Shown here: piece after piece, positions 62,932-64,000 of the stretch
How the letters are laid out: each line of letters starts with the position of its first letter
How positions within the stretch are numbered: position 1 is the first letter of the stretch
Source of the DNA: Malacoraja senta
Lineage: Eukaryota
Direction of reading: 5' to 3'
DNA: 64,000 nucleotides
Assembly (NCBI GenBank): GCA_038087875.1
Contig: CM075986.1
Span: 20,026,001 to 20,090,000 of the forward strand
Position numbers and translations under genes: made by a program
Notes under the pieces: model-generated
The model's input: only the letters and a program-made list of their open reading frames with translations
Told to the model about the DNA's origin: nothing
Databases searched by the model: none

Positions 62932-63399
62932 ATGCCGAACATGGTGACAAGTTAATTCACCTCCTCTGTCTGCACATGATCCGTATCCCACCATTCCCTG
63001 CATATCCTTGTGCCTATCTGAAAGCCTCTGAAATGCCACTGTCATACCTGTGTCCACCACCACCCATGGCAGTGCATTCCAGGCACTCTCTGTGTAAAAA
63101 AAACTTGCCCCACACATCTCCTTTCAACTTTCCTCCTCTCACCTTAATGCTATGTACTCTAGTCTTTGACATTATCACCTTGGGGGAAAAGGTTCTGCCT
63201 GTCTACCCTATCCAGACTACTCATAATTTTATATACTTCGATCAAGACACCCCTCAGCCTCCGTTGTTCCAGAGCATTTAATCATTCTCGTAATGATTTT
63301 GTTTAATAACTGCAACAGTGAAACTTCAAAGGGAAATGCCATGAGCAAAGTTCATTAAAATGTACAATTGCAGATATTGGAAATCTGAAATAAAAAAAT

Positions 63400-63698
63400 A
63401 GACTTTAGACTTTAAAGATACAGCATGAAAACTGGCCCTTTGGCCCATCGGGTCCACGCCGATCGCCCGTACACTAGTACAATCCTACCCACCAGGGACA
63501 ATTCACAATTTACAGAAGCCAATTAACCTACAAACCTGTACATCTTTGGAGTGTGGGAGGAAACCGGAACATTCGGAGAAACCCCATGCGGTCACAGGGA
63601 GAACGTACAAACACCGTACAGACAGCACCCGTAGACAGGATCAAACCTGGGCCTCTGGCACTGTAAGGCAGCAGATCTACAGCTGCACCACCATGCCA
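63400..63698 (-). mobile_element. HE1-like V-SINE
   Basis: Same family, reverse strand. Confidence 0.8.
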
Positions 63699-64000
63699 TC
63701 CTATGATGGAAATACTCAGCATGTCAGGCAGCATTTGTGGTCAGATAAACAGGCCAATGATCTATCATCAGCCAAGTTCTAATGAAGGATCATTGACCTG
63801 TGACACTCTCTGTAATTGTCGGGATGGCAGTGGAAAGAGACAACAGCTTAAAGTTCCTGGGCATGCTCATCTCTGAAGATCTGTCCTGAGCCCAGCACAG
63901 TGATGCAATCATAAAGAAAGCTCGTCAAAATCTTTAGTTCCTTAGACGATTGAAGAGATTTGGTATGTCGACAAATAGTCTATCGAACTGCTATCGGTGT

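Overview
Repeat-dense vertebrate genomic DNA, most likely from an elasmobranch (skate/ray/shark), judged from abundant HE1-type V-SINEs and HER1/CR1-like LINEs. The only host gene is a + strand KCNJ3 (Kir3.1/GIRK1)-like inward-rectifier K+ channel. Coding exon 2 (19583-19799, 217 bp) and the last coding exon (42522-43117) are separated by a ~22.7 kb intron; exon 1 is not in the window. Most of the rest is mobile DNA: a young 5'-truncated CR1 with an uninterrupted ORF2, many old CR1 and Rex1/Babar fragments, Penelope-like (GIY-YIG) fragments and their short tail derivatives, V-SINEs, a PIF/Harbinger-like MITE clan, a hAT-like element inside a probable solo LTR, and L1-type 3' ends. Read by hand, the most interesting signals are RNA-level devices carried by the repeats. 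(1) A ~140-bp mini-retroposon begins with a 54-nt minimal HDV-like ribozyme fold, and one intact copy lies sense within the channel intron. (2) Penelope tails carry minimal hammerhead motifs, and some form TSD-flanked palindromic units. (3) A U_UUA_AAC -1 slippery site with a G-rich downstream element sits exactly at the CR1 ORF1/ORF2 junction. There is also a double fold-back (A-A'-B'-B) repair scar at 4213-4474. Repeat family names come from recognition of motifs, not database searches, and boundaries of old repeats are approximate.
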